Shown here one piece after another: positions 1 to 9,142 of a stretch of 42,394 nucleotides of DNA. The position numbers were made by a program, and so were the translations under genes. The stretch is taken from positions 1 to 42,394 of the IMG/VR virus record IMGVR_UViG_3300011441_000019, one strand, 5' to 3'. A model generated the notes under the pieces. It made no database searches, was not told the origin of the DNA, and saw only the letters and a list, made by a program, of their open reading frames with translations. Each line of letters begins with the position of its first letter. Position 1 is the first letter of the stretch. This DNA comes from a virus (taxonomy: Duplodnaviria; Caudoviricetes).

Positions 1-247
1 GGCCGAAGCCGCCGAGACGGACGATAAAAAGCTCGATGCCCTCCTCAAGGAACTGAGCGCGGCCGGCACGGACCTCGAACTGGCCGGCATCGAACAAGCG
101 ATCGCGGATGCGGAGAAATTGGGCACAACGACCGAACTATCCGAACACTTCCAGGTGATCGTGGAGTGCAAAAACGAAGCCGAACAAAAGAAGGTTTTCA
201 ACCGATTCGAGAAGGAAGGGCTCAAATGCCAGTTGCTCACGTTCTGA
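1..247 (+). CDS. ParB/Srx-like protein, C-terminal part (continues from 42078)
   Basis: Frame 2 open from base 2: AEAAETDDKKLDALLKEL...FQVIVECKNEAEQKKVFNRFEKEGLKCQLLTF*. Not in the ORF track because its start is at the other end. Confidence 0.85.
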   Translation, partial: AEAAETDDKKLDALLKELSAAGTDLELAGIEQAIADAEKLGTTTELSEHFQVIVECKNEAEQKKVFNRFEKEGLKCQLLTF

Positions 248-1323
248 GGCGCTCGACCATTCAGAAAAGTTTCCGCGTGCGCCAGGTCCTGGGCATGTTC
301 GACGTGCCGGACAAAAAAGAGATCGTCCACGAATGGCGCGTGAACGTCCCGGTCGAGGAACGCCCCTGGAAGATCGGCCTCATCGTCGGCCCCAGCGGCG
401 CCGGCAAAACCACCCTGGCCACCGAACTGTTCCCCAAGGCGTACCTGCACGAGGCTTTCGACTGGCCGGCCAAGGCGAGCCTGCTCGATGCCTTCCCCGA
501 GCACCTCTCGATCAAGGACATCACCGCGGCGCTCAACGCGGTGGGCTTCAGCAGCCCGCCGCACTGGCTCAAGACCTGGCATCACCTGAGCAACGGCCAG
601 AAATTCCGGGCCGAGCTCGCGCGCTGCCTGCTGATGGACGTGGACACCGTGGTGTTCGACGAATTCACCAGCGTCGTGGACCGGGACGTGGCGAAGATTT
701 GCAGTGCCGCCGTGGCGAAAACCATCCGCAAGAGGGCAAGACCGCAGCTCGTGGCCGTGAGCTGCCATTTCGACATCATCGATTGGTTACAACCCGATTG
801 GATGTACGACGTGGCGGCCGACCGTTTCGAGTGGCGGCGGCTTCGGCGACGCCCGCCTGTGCGCCTGGAAATCCATCAGACAACACGTCGCGCGTGGACA
901 CTGTTTAGGGGCCACCACTATTTAAGCGCGGACCTGCACCAAAGCGCGCGGTGTTACGTGGCCTGGTGGGGCGAGCGCCCCGTGGCCTTCACCGCGGTGC
1001 TGCACCAGCCGAACCAAAAGAGCCGGAACCGCAAACGGGAACATCGCACCGTGGTGCTGCCGGATTACCAGGGCGTCGGCATTGGCAACGCGGTGAGTGC
1101 GGCCATCGCGCAGTGGCACCTGGACCAGGGATGGAAATACAGTTCCGTAACGAGCCATCCGGCGATGATCCGGCATCGCCTGAAGTCGGCGCAATGGAAG
1201 TTGAGCCGGCTCTCTCGGGCCGCACCGCATCGAGGCTTGAAGGGCCAGGAACGCTGCGCCTCCACGGGCCGATTGACGGCCAGCTTTGAATTCGTGGGCC
1301 ATCGCGAAAAGCGCGTCGCCTAA
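226..1323 (+). CDS. ABC-type ATPase fused to GNAT (Mom-like) acetyltransferase
   Basis: Walker A GPSGAGKT, signature LSNGQ, Walker B VVFDE, H-loop SCH; C-terminal HHYL and acetyl-CoA motif VLPDYQGVGIG. ATG 226 overlaps the upstream ORF end. Confidence 0.85.
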   Translation: MPVAHVLRRSTIQKSFRVRQVLGMFDVPDKKEIVHEWRVNVPVEERPWKIGLIVGPSGAGKTTLATELFPKAYLHEAFDWPAKASLLDAFPEHLSIKDITAALNAVGFSSPPHWLKTWHHLSNGQKFRAELARCLLMDVDTVVFDEFTSVVDRDVAKICSAAVAKTIRKRARPQLVAVSCHFDIIDWLQPDWMYDVAADRFEWRRLRRRPPVRLEIHQTTRRAWTLFRGHHYLSADLHQSARCYVAWWGERPVAFTAVLHQPNQKSRNRKREHRTVVLPDYQGVGIGNAVSAAIAQWHLDQGWKYSSVTSHPAMIRHRLKSAQWKLSRLSRAAPHRGLKGQERCASTGRLTASFEFVGHREKRVA

Positions 1324-1412
1324 CTCCTTACCTGCCATCGAGGCAGCCAGAATCGCCTGTTTTATTGGGAAAACCCTTGGCAATGGCAGGTGGTCTCCTA
1401 CGCTTTTGCAAC

Positions 1413-1592
1413 ATGAAAACGAACGCGACACTGACCGAAGCCCGCCGATTGGCCGCTCTGATTAACTCGCCCGATTTCACCGGCGACCGCTGGTCGCTCT
1501 CGATGCAATTGTCCATCCTGCAAAAGCGCCTGGGGGCGGCAGGAATTGAAGCTGCGGCGGACGCCGCCGGCTCCGAGGACGAATGCGAGTGA
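1413..1592 (+). CDS. Small hypothetical protein
   Basis: 59-aa ORF after a possible sigma70-like promoter (TTGGCA...TACGCT, ~1377-1404). Confidence 0.5.
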   Translation: MKTNATLTEARRLAALINSPDFTGDRWSLSMQLSILQKRLGAAGIEAAADAAGSEDECE

Positions 1593-1737
1593 TGAGTTTC
1601 CGCTGACAGACCGGCACGTCTGTCCGAGGCCCGCGCGAAACAAAATGGCCTGCCCCGCCCCGCGCGACTCGTAAAAGAAACGCGAGGCAGACGGCGTGAA
1701 CCGTCGGGCAGGCCGCCGAAAGAAAGCAAAGACTCGT

Positions 1738-2778
1738 ATGGCACACAACCTCGAAATCCGCAAAGGCCGCGCTTCCATCGCCTACGCTGGCGAAACTCCC
1801 TGGCACAAGCTCGGCACCAAACTCAACGAAGCCTTCACCGCGGCCGTCGCCCTCGACCAGGCCGGGTTGAACTTCACCGTCGAAAAAACGCCCATCGCCT
1901 GCGCCGATTCGCGCGCGATCATCCCGGGCCAGTTCGCCGTGCGCCGCACCGATACGTCCGACGTCCTCGGCGTGGTGGGCAACTACTATCAGCCCCTCCA
2001 GAACAGCGACGCCTTTTCCTTCTTTGATTCGGTGTTCGGCAAGGACAAGGCGCGCTTCGAGTGCGCGGGCGTGCTGGGCAAGGGCGAGAACGTGTGGATG
2101 CTCGCGAAGCTGCCCGGGGAATTCCGGATCCATGGCGAGGACGTGATCGGGAAGTATCTCCTGCTCACCAATAATCATTCCGGCAAGGAAACGGTGCGCG
2201 CGCGCTTCACCCCGATCCGGGTCGTGTGCCAGAACACGCTCAACGCGGCCATGGCGCAAAAGGGCAACCAGATCAACGTCTATCACATGGGCGACCCCAG
2301 GGCGAAGCTGGCCCTGGCGGGCAAACTCCTCAAGGACGCGGGCGTGTATTTCGACGAGGCGCAGGACACGTTCCGGCGCATGGCCGAGGTGAAGCTGACC
2401 GACGATCAACGCTACGGGTATTTCACCCAAACCATCACGAACGACACCGTGCCGTATGTCGAGTTGTCCAAGCCGACCCGCGAGACGGTGGACAAGGTGC
2501 AGGACCTCGCGCAGAGCGGCGCCGGCGCCGGGTTGCCCAAGGTGCGCGGGACGTTGTGGGGCGCGTATAACGCCGTCACCGAATGGGTCGATCACGTGCA
2601 AACGGACAAGGTGGACAGCGGCCTGGCCTACATGGCAGCCGGGCGCGGCGCGCGCATCAAAGCCCGCGCGTTTGAGACCGCGGAGGAAATCATGGCCGGG
2701 CTGCTCAATCGCCCGTTCGTGCCCACCGCGCAGACCACGGACACGGATTTTGCCCGGCTGCTCGACAAACCCCTGTAA
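1738..2778 (+). CDS. DUF932/DUF945 family phage/plasmid protein
   Basis: N-terminal MAHNLE...AYAGETPWHKLG, TPIRVVCQNTL and GTLWGAYNAVTEWVDH motifs typical of the family. Confidence 0.88.
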   Translation: MAHNLEIRKGRASIAYAGETPWHKLGTKLNEAFTAAVALDQAGLNFTVEKTPIACADSRAIIPGQFAVRRTDTSDVLGVVGNYYQPLQNSDAFSFFDSVFGKDKARFECAGVLGKGENVWMLAKLPGEFRIHGEDVIGKYLLLTNNHSGKETVRARFTPIRVVCQNTLNAAMAQKGNQINVYHMGDPRAKLALAGKLLKDAGVYFDEAQDTFRRMAEVKLTDDQRYGYFTQTITNDTVPYVELSKPTRETVDKVQDLAQSGAGAGLPKVRGTLWGAYNAVTEWVDHVQTDKVDSGLAYMAAGRGARIKARAFETAEEIMAGLLNRPFVPTAQTTDTDFARLLDKPL

Positions 2779-2793
2779 CACCTGACCGGAAAC

Positions 2794-2820
2794 CGGGCGC
2801 GCTCCACGCGAGCGCGCCCG
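2794..2820 (+). terminator. GC-rich hairpin after DUF932 gene
   Basis: CGGGCGCGCTC-cacgc-GAGCGCGCCCG, 11-bp perfect stem; weak U tract. Confidence 0.45.
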
Positions 2821-2839
2821 ATTCCTAAAAAACCGACTT

Positions 2840-3028
2840 ATGAATCTCACCCCTCATCTGAATCGGGCCCGCGTGAAACGCACCGCGCTCGAACTGGCCG
2901 CGGCGACCCGCGGCCAGAAGTTCTCCCGCGTCGGCGCCAGCTTCCTTCAACGCATCGAAGCCCGAACCCGCGCGGCGATCGCCGAGGAAGTCCGCCTGCA
3001 CCCATCGAAAGGAAAAACCCTCCTATGA
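2840..3028 (+). CDS. Small basic protein, putative truncated histone fold
   Basis: 62 aa; LNRARVK (helix 1), SRVGASF (L1), long helix 2, KGKTLL (L2) pattern as in prokaryotic histones; no helix 3. Confidence 0.55.
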   Translation: MNLTPHLNRARVKRTALELAAATRGQKFSRVGASFLQRIEARTRAAIAEEVRLHPSKGKTLL

Positions 3029-3648
3029 ACCCACTCGAATTCAAACCCGCGCGCGCCAGTGATTTCATTGGGCCGGCGCAGGACATGGCCAAGGTGCTGG
3101 ATCGCATCGCCGCGCGTTCCGTCGGCACGGGCGCGCCCGTGAAGATTCTCCTTCAGGGCGATCCCGGCATCGGCAAAAGCGCGCTCGTCGATTACCTGCT
3201 GCCCCAACTGGGGGCGGACCAGTGGTCGATCACCAAGCTGAACGGCACGCAACTGACCATCGACCGGCTGGAGGCCTGGGCGCAAACCCTGTGCTACCGG
3301 GAATTGTCCGGAGGTTACAAGGTGCTGCGCATCGAGGAGCTGGACAAGGCGAGCCACGCCGCCCAGGTGCGGATGCTCACCGTGCTGGACGATCTGCCGG
3401 CGCACTGCGCGATTATTGGCACCAGTAACAAACAGGTGAAGGACATGGAGCCGCGCTTTCAAAGCCGGTTCCAGACGTTCGCGCTCAAGGGCCCGGAGCA
3501 GGGCGAGCTGGCGGCGTTCCTGGCGCGCTGGCCCTTGCGCAAGGACGCCATTGCGCGCATCGCCACCTTTGCCTGCGGCAACGTGCGCCTGGCGCTGTTC
3601 GATGCGCAGAGCGAACTGGATGCAACCCTCACCGTGGAGGCCGCATGA
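3025..3648 (+). CDS. AAA+ ATPase, clamp-loader/RarA-like
   Basis: FKPARASDFIG, Walker A GDPGIGKS, Walker B LRIEELD, sensor GTSN, SRF arginine finger, GNVRLA sensor 2. Confidence 0.85.
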   Translation: MNPLEFKPARASDFIGPAQDMAKVLDRIAARSVGTGAPVKILLQGDPGIGKSALVDYLLPQLGADQWSITKLNGTQLTIDRLEAWAQTLCYRELSGGYKVLRIEELDKASHAAQVRMLTVLDDLPAHCAIIGTSNKQVKDMEPRFQSRFQTFALKGPEQGELAAFLARWPLRKDAIARIATFACGNVRLALFDAQSELDATLTVEAA

Positions 3649-4241
3649 GCACCGAATCCATCCCGCTCGAGACTCTCGAACGGTGGATCAACTACCGGAT
3701 TGAGGACGCAGCCGACATCGTTGGCCATCCGGAGCACTGCTATTCGAGCCAGGACGATTGGAGCGATGAGCAGTGGATGGGCTACGCCGAAGGCACCCGG
3801 CGCACGCTCTCAGCCATCGCCGAGAATGCCGGGATCAGTGACGGGCGCCTGCGCTTCCACAGGTTAAACGGGGCGATGGGCGAGCGGTGGCGACGTCTTT
3901 ACCCGCACCTCAATTCCCTCAAGAGCCGCGCGCTCAATACAGTGCTCAATGCGATCCGCGACAAGCGGATCGCCATGCGGGACCATTACGAGTTGCTCAG
4001 CTACCAGGAGGAGCTAGCGCCCTGGCAGGCGAAGGTCCGGAAACTCGAACGGGCCGACAAGCCCGGCACCGATTCCTACTGGCGCGAACTGGAAATCGTC
4101 CGCACGGAACTGGACGCCTTGCACAGCCTCAATTCGCAATGCCTGTCGGACAAGGAATGGTTCGCCGAGTATTTCCGCCGTAAACAAATCCGCGACGCCA
4201 GCGCGCGCGCCATCGAAGTTCTCGAAATGGAACCGTTATGA
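3645..4241 (+). CDS. Hypothetical protein
   Basis: 198-aa ORF with ATGA overlaps at both ends. Confidence 0.7.
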   Translation: MSTESIPLETLERWINYRIEDAADIVGHPEHCYSSQDDWSDEQWMGYAEGTRRTLSAIAENAGISDGRLRFHRLNGAMGERWRRLYPHLNSLKSRALNTVLNAIRDKRIAMRDHYELLSYQEELAPWQAKVRKLERADKPGTDSYWRELEIVRTELDALHSLNSQCLSDKEWFAEYFRRKQIRDASARAIEVLEMEPL

Positions 4242-4537
4242 GCCGCGCACTCCACCTCACCCTGCATCGTCGGTGGTTCGATGCCATCGCGCGCGGGCAC
4301 AAGACGGAGGAGTACCGGGCCAGGTCGGCCCATTGGAATCGCCGGTTCGGTTCGCTCCTGCCCGGGCTGCCCTTGCCCTGGCAGGTGATCCATTTCCGCA
4401 ACGGGTACGATTCCCGCCGGCCGTGGATGCGCGTCGAGCTGCTCGGCATTGCCCTGGGCAAGAGCGACGAGGGCAAACCGTGCTGGGTGCTTAAGCTGGG
4501 CGCCATCCTCGAATTGAAAAACTGGCCGCACGACTGA
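4238..4537 (+). CDS. ASCH/PUA-like domain protein
   Basis: LHLTLHRRWFDAIARGHKTEEYR...IHFRNGY motif. Confidence 0.8.
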   Translation: MSRALHLTLHRRWFDAIARGHKTEEYRARSAHWNRRFGSLLPGLPLPWQVIHFRNGYDSRRPWMRVELLGIALGKSDEGKPCWVLKLGAILELKNWPHD

Positions 4538-4568
4538 TTCCTGACCCCCTGACTTCTTCCACCGCGGC

Positions 4569-5192
4569 GTGCCCGACACGTCGCAACTCATCGCGCGGCA
4601 CGCTGCGCGGCTCAAGAAACTCCTGGCCCGCCATAAGGCCGGAAAGAAACTCTCGCCCGAGGAGTTGAAGCTGCTCGGCGCGGGCGCGGATTCCACGGAC
4701 GCGGCAGACCGCGTCCCTACCTCGTACGACTCGATGGCGTCCGCCGCGGCGGCGCTGGACATCCCCAAGGGCACCCTGCAATGGGCGAAGGACCAGGGCG
4801 CGCCCGGGTTCAAAGGCTCGCGCGTCTATCCGCTGTTGCTCCTGCCGTGGCTCGCGAACGCGAACAAGGAGAAGGGCGAGCGGAGGCTCGACAAGCGCAG
4901 CCTCGAATGTGAATTGCTCCAGGAAAAGCTGGAGGCCCTTCGGGAACAGCGCGCGCGCGCGCGCGGGCTGTTCATCGAATGGGCCGCGGTCGAGCAATGG
5001 CAGCTCGGCCTGGCGCAACGGCTCAAGCTGGAACTCTCCGCCAAGCTCAAGAACGAGCTGCCCCCCAAACTCGAAGGCCTCCGCGCGCCCGAGATCGCCG
5101 CGAAGATGGACGGGCTCATCGGCGAGCTGGTGGACATCATCCGCCAGCCGGTCACGGCCGCGAAGGAGCAGGCTACTTCATCGCCTCAATGA
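4569..5192 (+). CDS. terS: Terminase small subunit (Nu1-like)
   Basis: HTH-like AAAALDIPKGTLQWAKDQGAPG followed by coiled coil; lies upstream of TerL. Confidence 0.65.
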   Translation: MPDTSQLIARHAARLKKLLARHKAGKKLSPEELKLLGAGADSTDAADRVPTSYDSMASAAAALDIPKGTLQWAKDQGAPGFKGSRVYPLLLLPWLANANKEKGERRLDKRSLECELLQEKLEALREQRARARGLFIEWAAVEQWQLGLAQRLKLELSAKLKNELPPKLEGLRAPEIAAKMDGLIGELVDIIRQPVTAAKEQATSSPQ

Positions 5193-5931
5193 ATCGTTTC
5201 GCACGACGTTCGATGAGGGCGCCGTTCATTTGCGGGGAGAGCGCGAGCCAGGGATTTTCCGCCGAGGCGTCGCGTTTGATTTCGGTATGACCGTATTCAA
5301 GAGGCGCGATCGGCGGCGCCCAATCACCAGGGGCGCGCCACTCCCAGGAGAACCCTTGCAGGCTCGAATCCAACCGCGCCTCGTGATGACGCGCCTGCAC
5401 GGCCAGCCAATCGAGCAGCTCCGCCGGCGGTTTCTCGGCGCCGCGCTGGCGTTCGATTTGCCGCATCATTTTGCGGCTGGTGGGCAGGGCGTGAGGATTG
5501 GACACCGGACGGCCTGAGCCAAGATCAAGGTACAGGCGCCGCAGACTTTCCATCGTGAACTCTTCGCACTCAGCGGCGGCGGATGACCACTGGGCCGGCA
5601 CTAGCCCCCACAAAGGATCCCAGCCGTGAATCCGATGCCGGTTTCGCCGCGGGTCGCAGTGGTAACGCACCACGTTCAGAATCTCCTGGCTCTGTTCGGG
5701 GCTCACGAGGCCCGTCGGCTGCATTTCCAGCCGCAAGTCCCAGGAGCTGGGTTTCCAGATGGAAATCCGATGGTGCTCGACTATCTCACCTGGATCGACG
5801 TAGCCCCAGTGCCACAGCGGCGCCGGCATCACCACATGGAAGGGGAACGGATAACGGCGGTGGGCGATCACTTCGCGAAAGGTTCGCTCGAATGAGTGCC
5901 GCAGCCAGTTCTGAAATTCCAGATCGTCCAT
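5173..5931 (-). CDS. Hypothetical protein (moron between terS and terL)
   Basis: 252-aa Trp-rich ORF exactly filling the terS-terL gap on the opposite strand. Confidence 0.7.
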   Translation of the reverse strand: MDDLEFQNWLRHSFERTFREVIAHRRYPFPFHVVMPAPLWHWGYVDPGEIVEHHRISIWKPSSWDLRLEMQPTGLVSPEQSQEILNVVRYHCDPRRNRHRIHGWDPLWGLVPAQWSSAAAECEEFTMESLRRLYLDLGSGRPVSNPHALPTSRKMMRQIERQRGAEKPPAELLDWLAVQARHHEARLDSSLQGFSWEWRAPGDWAPPIAPLEYGHTEIKRDASAENPWLALSPQMNGALIERRAKRFIEAMK

Positions 5932-5968
5932 GCACGGGTTAGGATTACTGACTGCGGGCTCAGCCGCA

Positions 5969-7930
5969 ATGTCAGGCCCGCACCCTCAACTGAACGCCGC
6001 CTGGGCACGCGCCTGCACCCCCGCCGACAAGCGCGAGATTTGGGAGTGGCTCCATGACGAGGGGGAATTCCCCTCCGGCACCTACGCCGTGCCGGGGCGC
6101 CTGGACATTTCCACCTGTCCCATGCTCAAGGAGCCGTTCCGCGCGCTGCGCTCGCCCATTGTCCGCAACGTGGTGGTGATGGCCGGCGTGCAATGCCTCA
6201 AGACCCTGCTCGGCGAAGGGTGGCTGCTCTGGAGCATCGTCAATGACCCCGGGCCCACCCAATGGCTCCAGCCCGATGACGAGGAGGCGCGCGAACATGC
6301 CCAGGAACGGTTTCTGCCGTTGGTCGAAAAGTTCCCGGCGGTCCACCGGTTCTTCACCGGCAGCCGTTTCGATAAGCAGAATAACTTCCTCAAGTTCGCC
6401 CACATGTTCCTGCGGATGGAAGGGGCCAATAACCGGGGCAATCTCCAGCGCAAGAGCATCAAGAACCAGATGCGCAGCGAAGTGTGGCAGGCGGGCAAGT
6501 GGCCGCCCGGCCGGCTCAAGGAAGCGGATTCACGCGGGCTCCAGTTCGTCCACAACTCAAAGTCGTATACCGAAAGCCAGCCCGGCTGGCATCTGGACTA
6601 TGGCGTGGATGACATGCACGCCGCCTTTCACGCCGGCGACCGGAACGAGCTGAATTTTCGGTGCGAGTCCTGCGCCCGGCTCCAGCCATTCACCTGGGAC
6701 CACCGACGCCAGGACGGCACCCGCGCGGCGCTTCGTTGGGACGATAATGAGCGCACGCGCCGTGAGAATGGCGAATGGCGCTGGGCCGAGCTGCTCCAGA
6801 CTGTCCGTTACGAGTGCATCCACTGCGGCCATCGGCATCATGACGATCCCTTAACACGCCGGCGGATGACCGCCAGCCTCGAATTCGTGCCGCAGAATCC
6901 GCAAGCCGACCCGGCCACGCGCACCTTCACCTGGAACCAGCTCGCCATGCCCACGCTCTCGTGGTTCGAAACGAAGATCGGCGGGGTGAAGAATTTCCTC
7001 ATCGCGCACGCCCAGGCCCGGCGCGGGCATGACGCCGCCCTGCGGGATTTCTGGATGAAAGTCTGCGCCGAACCGTACCACCCGGCGAAGCACGGCGCCG
7101 CCGGCGACCTGGAGACGATTGAACTCTCTCTCGACGCTCGGCCCTCGACCCTCGACCCGATTGAGGCCAACGGCATTTTGTTCAAGCATCGCCTCGGCGC
7201 GTGCGATGTGCAGCAGGATCACTTTTGGTTCCTCGCGGAAATCTGGAGCGACCAGGGCGACTCGCTCACGTTGCACGCCGAGAAATTGTTTGATTGGGAG
7301 ACGGTGATCCTGCGCCAGCAGCAGTTCGGGATTCTCGACCAGGACTTCACGGTGGACGTGTCCCACCGCTCCCTCGAGGTGAAGACGCAATGCACCGAGC
7401 GCGGGCACTGGGGCAGCCACGGAGGCCTCCGCGCCTGGCTGTGCTGGAAGGCGCTGCGCGGCTCCGACCAGCCGCATTTCATCTGGGTGCCCAAAACGGG
7501 CCCGCGCAAGGGCCAGCGGATCCAGCTCCCCTACACCTGGCCGCCCGAGGTGGGCGACCCCTGCGCGGGCCTGCCGGCGAACCATCCCAAGCGCGCGCAT
7601 TTCAAAGGGCGCACCTGCCCGGTGATCACCTGGAGCAACCCGACCATCAAGGACCTGGTGATCGCCCGGCGCGATGGCAAGGCCAAGGACGTGCAAAGCC
7701 TGGTCGCGCGCGGCGAATGGAACGAGGATTTCCGGATGCACATGCATAGCCAGCGGAAGATCCCCAAGCCGCGCACCAAGGGCAGCGACGTGTGGGTGTG
7801 GGTGAAGTTCCGCGATGATCACTTGCTGGACTGCAAATGCATGGTCACCGTGCGGGCCTTTCAGAAGGGGCTGCTGTCACCGGAGGGAGTCGAGGGTCGA
7901 GAGCCGAAGGACGAAGGCCCAGGCGGCTGA
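5969..7930 (+). CDS. terL: Terminase large subunit, lambda GpA family
   Basis: Adenine-binding/ATPase N-domain (PGRLDISTCP, VQCLKT, SEV), two CxxC zinc motifs, nuclease CDVQQDHFW and DHLLDC. Confidence 0.9.
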   Translation: MSGPHPQLNAAWARACTPADKREIWEWLHDEGEFPSGTYAVPGRLDISTCPMLKEPFRALRSPIVRNVVVMAGVQCLKTLLGEGWLLWSIVNDPGPTQWLQPDDEEAREHAQERFLPLVEKFPAVHRFFTGSRFDKQNNFLKFAHMFLRMEGANNRGNLQRKSIKNQMRSEVWQAGKWPPGRLKEADSRGLQFVHNSKSYTESQPGWHLDYGVDDMHAAFHAGDRNELNFRCESCARLQPFTWDHRRQDGTRAALRWDDNERTRRENGEWRWAELLQTVRYECIHCGHRHHDDPLTRRRMTASLEFVPQNPQADPATRTFTWNQLAMPTLSWFETKIGGVKNFLIAHAQARRGHDAALRDFWMKVCAEPYHPAKHGAAGDLETIELSLDARPSTLDPIEANGILFKHRLGACDVQQDHFWFLAEIWSDQGDSLTLHAEKLFDWETVILRQQQFGILDQDFTVDVSHRSLEVKTQCTERGHWGSHGGLRAWLCWKALRGSDQPHFIWVPKTGPRKGQRIQLPYTWPPEVGDPCAGLPANHPKRAHFKGRTCPVITWSNPTIKDLVIARRDGKAKDVQSLVARGEWNEDFRMHMHSQRKIPKPRTKGSDVWVWVKFRDDHLLDCKCMVTVRAFQKGLLSPEGVEGREPKDEGPGG

Positions 7931-7985
7931 GTTCGACTAGCATGGGGGCGGCTGTTTGGGGTTCCTGACTCGTGGCATTCATGCG

Positions 7986-8258
7986 ATGCCACTGGCCATC
8001 ACACGACGGAATTTCCCGGGCAAGACGCAAGCGTGGCTCGAGGCGCGCCTGGCCGAGGTGCTGGACGAGCTGGCCGCCGGCTCGTCCGTGGACGGCTGGG
8101 GCACGGGCGACGCCTCCGCGCACAAGGCGGTGGAGAAGAACCTCGGGGCCGAAAGGCGCCGGGATTTGCTGCTGAACGACCTGAGCATCCTCGCGCCCGC
8201 GACGTATCCGCCCGCGAGCTACACGCCGATCAAGGCCACCATCCCGCGCTATCTGTGA
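7986..8258 (+). CDS. Putative head-tail joining (gpW-like) protein
   Basis: 90 aa, helix-hairpin-helix pattern, located directly after TerL. Confidence 0.5.
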   Translation: MPLAITRRNFPGKTQAWLEARLAEVLDELAAGSSVDGWGTGDASAHKAVEKNLGAERRRDLLLNDLSILAPATYPPASYTPIKATIPRYL

Positions 8259-8420
8259 TGATCCGCCGCCTCTGGGAATTCGTGGAGATGTGCGTGGCCC
8301 ATGCCCTCCTGGCGTTTGTGGCCGTGGTGGTGATCGGGTCGTGTGCCGTGCTTTACCCCGGTCCGCTTGCTCATCGATCACGAAGCTCGAAAACGGCTCT
8401 GACTCGCGCGCCGCGCATCA

Positions 8421-8621
8421 GTGAAAACAATCATCGGCCGTTTGTTTCGCAGGCAGCGGAGCCCGTGTGCCACCAAACTGGACTTGCAGGAAATGGAAGG
8501 GCGCATCCTGAAGGCGCTTGGTGAGCGAGTGGACCCGAAGGCCGTGGAGAAACTGTCGAGCGCGACGGACAACCTGGAAACTGCCGTCGAAGCGAATCAA
8601 CCGAAACTTTCCGGCCAATGA
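8421..8621 (+). CDS. Small coiled-coil hypothetical protein
   Basis: 66-aa ORF preceded by CTGACT-N16 motif. Confidence 0.6.
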   Translation: MKTIIGRLFRRQRSPCATKLDLQEMEGRILKALGERVDPKAVEKLSSATDNLETAVEANQPKLSGQ

Positions 8622-8653
8622 CGGCCGGGAAAAACCAAAAAGAAAGGGCCATT

Positions 8654-8896
8654 ATGAATCCACATCTGACCAACCTCACCGACGACATCACCCGGGCAAC
8701 CACCGTGGCGCGCAGCGCGACCGTGCTGATTAACGGCGTTCAAACCCGGATCGATGCCGCGGTGGCCGCCGCCATTGCCAACGGGGCGACCGAGGAGCAA
8801 CTGAAACCAGTTTCCGATCTCTCGGACGCTTTGGAGGCGGAAACCAACGCGCTGGCCGCAGCGGTGGAAGCGAACACGCCACCGCCGGCGCCCTAA
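8654..8896 (+). CDS. Small coiled-coil phage protein
   Basis: Ala-rich amphipathic helices ending ALAAAVEANTP; GAAAGG upstream. Confidence 0.7.
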   Translation: MNPHLTNLTDDITRATTVARSATVLINGVQTRIDAAVAAAIANGATEEQLKPVSDLSDALEAETNALAAAVEANTPPPAP

Positions 8897-8925
8897 GCGC
8901 GAATTGACTGGCGCCCGGCGGCTGA

Positions 8926-9129
8926 TTGAACGGCGCTGAACAGGACCAGGACCACGCCGCGGCTCATCACTCGATTATGGGCAAGGCTTTGTTTGGGATT
9001 CTGGCGCCCGTGCTGGCCACGGGCGCCAGTTTCGTTTCCCAGCTCGAGGCCTGGCTGCGCGTCGCCAACCTGCTCGGCGCGCTCGTCGTCGTGGTGTTCA
9101 CCGTCCGATCGCTCCGGAAGAAAAAGTGA
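8926..9129 (+). CDS. Holin-like membrane protein
   Basis: Two hydrophobic segments, basic C-terminus RSLRKKK; TTGACT-N16-TTG. Confidence 0.55.
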   Translation: MNGAEQDQDHAAAHHSIMGKALFGILAPVLATGASFVSQLEAWLRVANLLGALVVVVFTVRSLRKKK

Positions 9130-9142
9130 GAGTGAACATCGC

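Noticed and set aside
226-850. ABC transporter
   Set aside because: No permease or binding protein; the ATPase is fused to a GNAT domain.
1588-1641. Hammerhead ribozyme (TGATGAG...CTGA...GAAAC)
   Set aside because: No intact CUGANGA core with properly placed stems I-III.
6170-6210. Inactive terminase because Walker A reads VQCLKT
   Set aside because: KT is retained, GpA-family P-loops vary, and the rest of the gene is intact.
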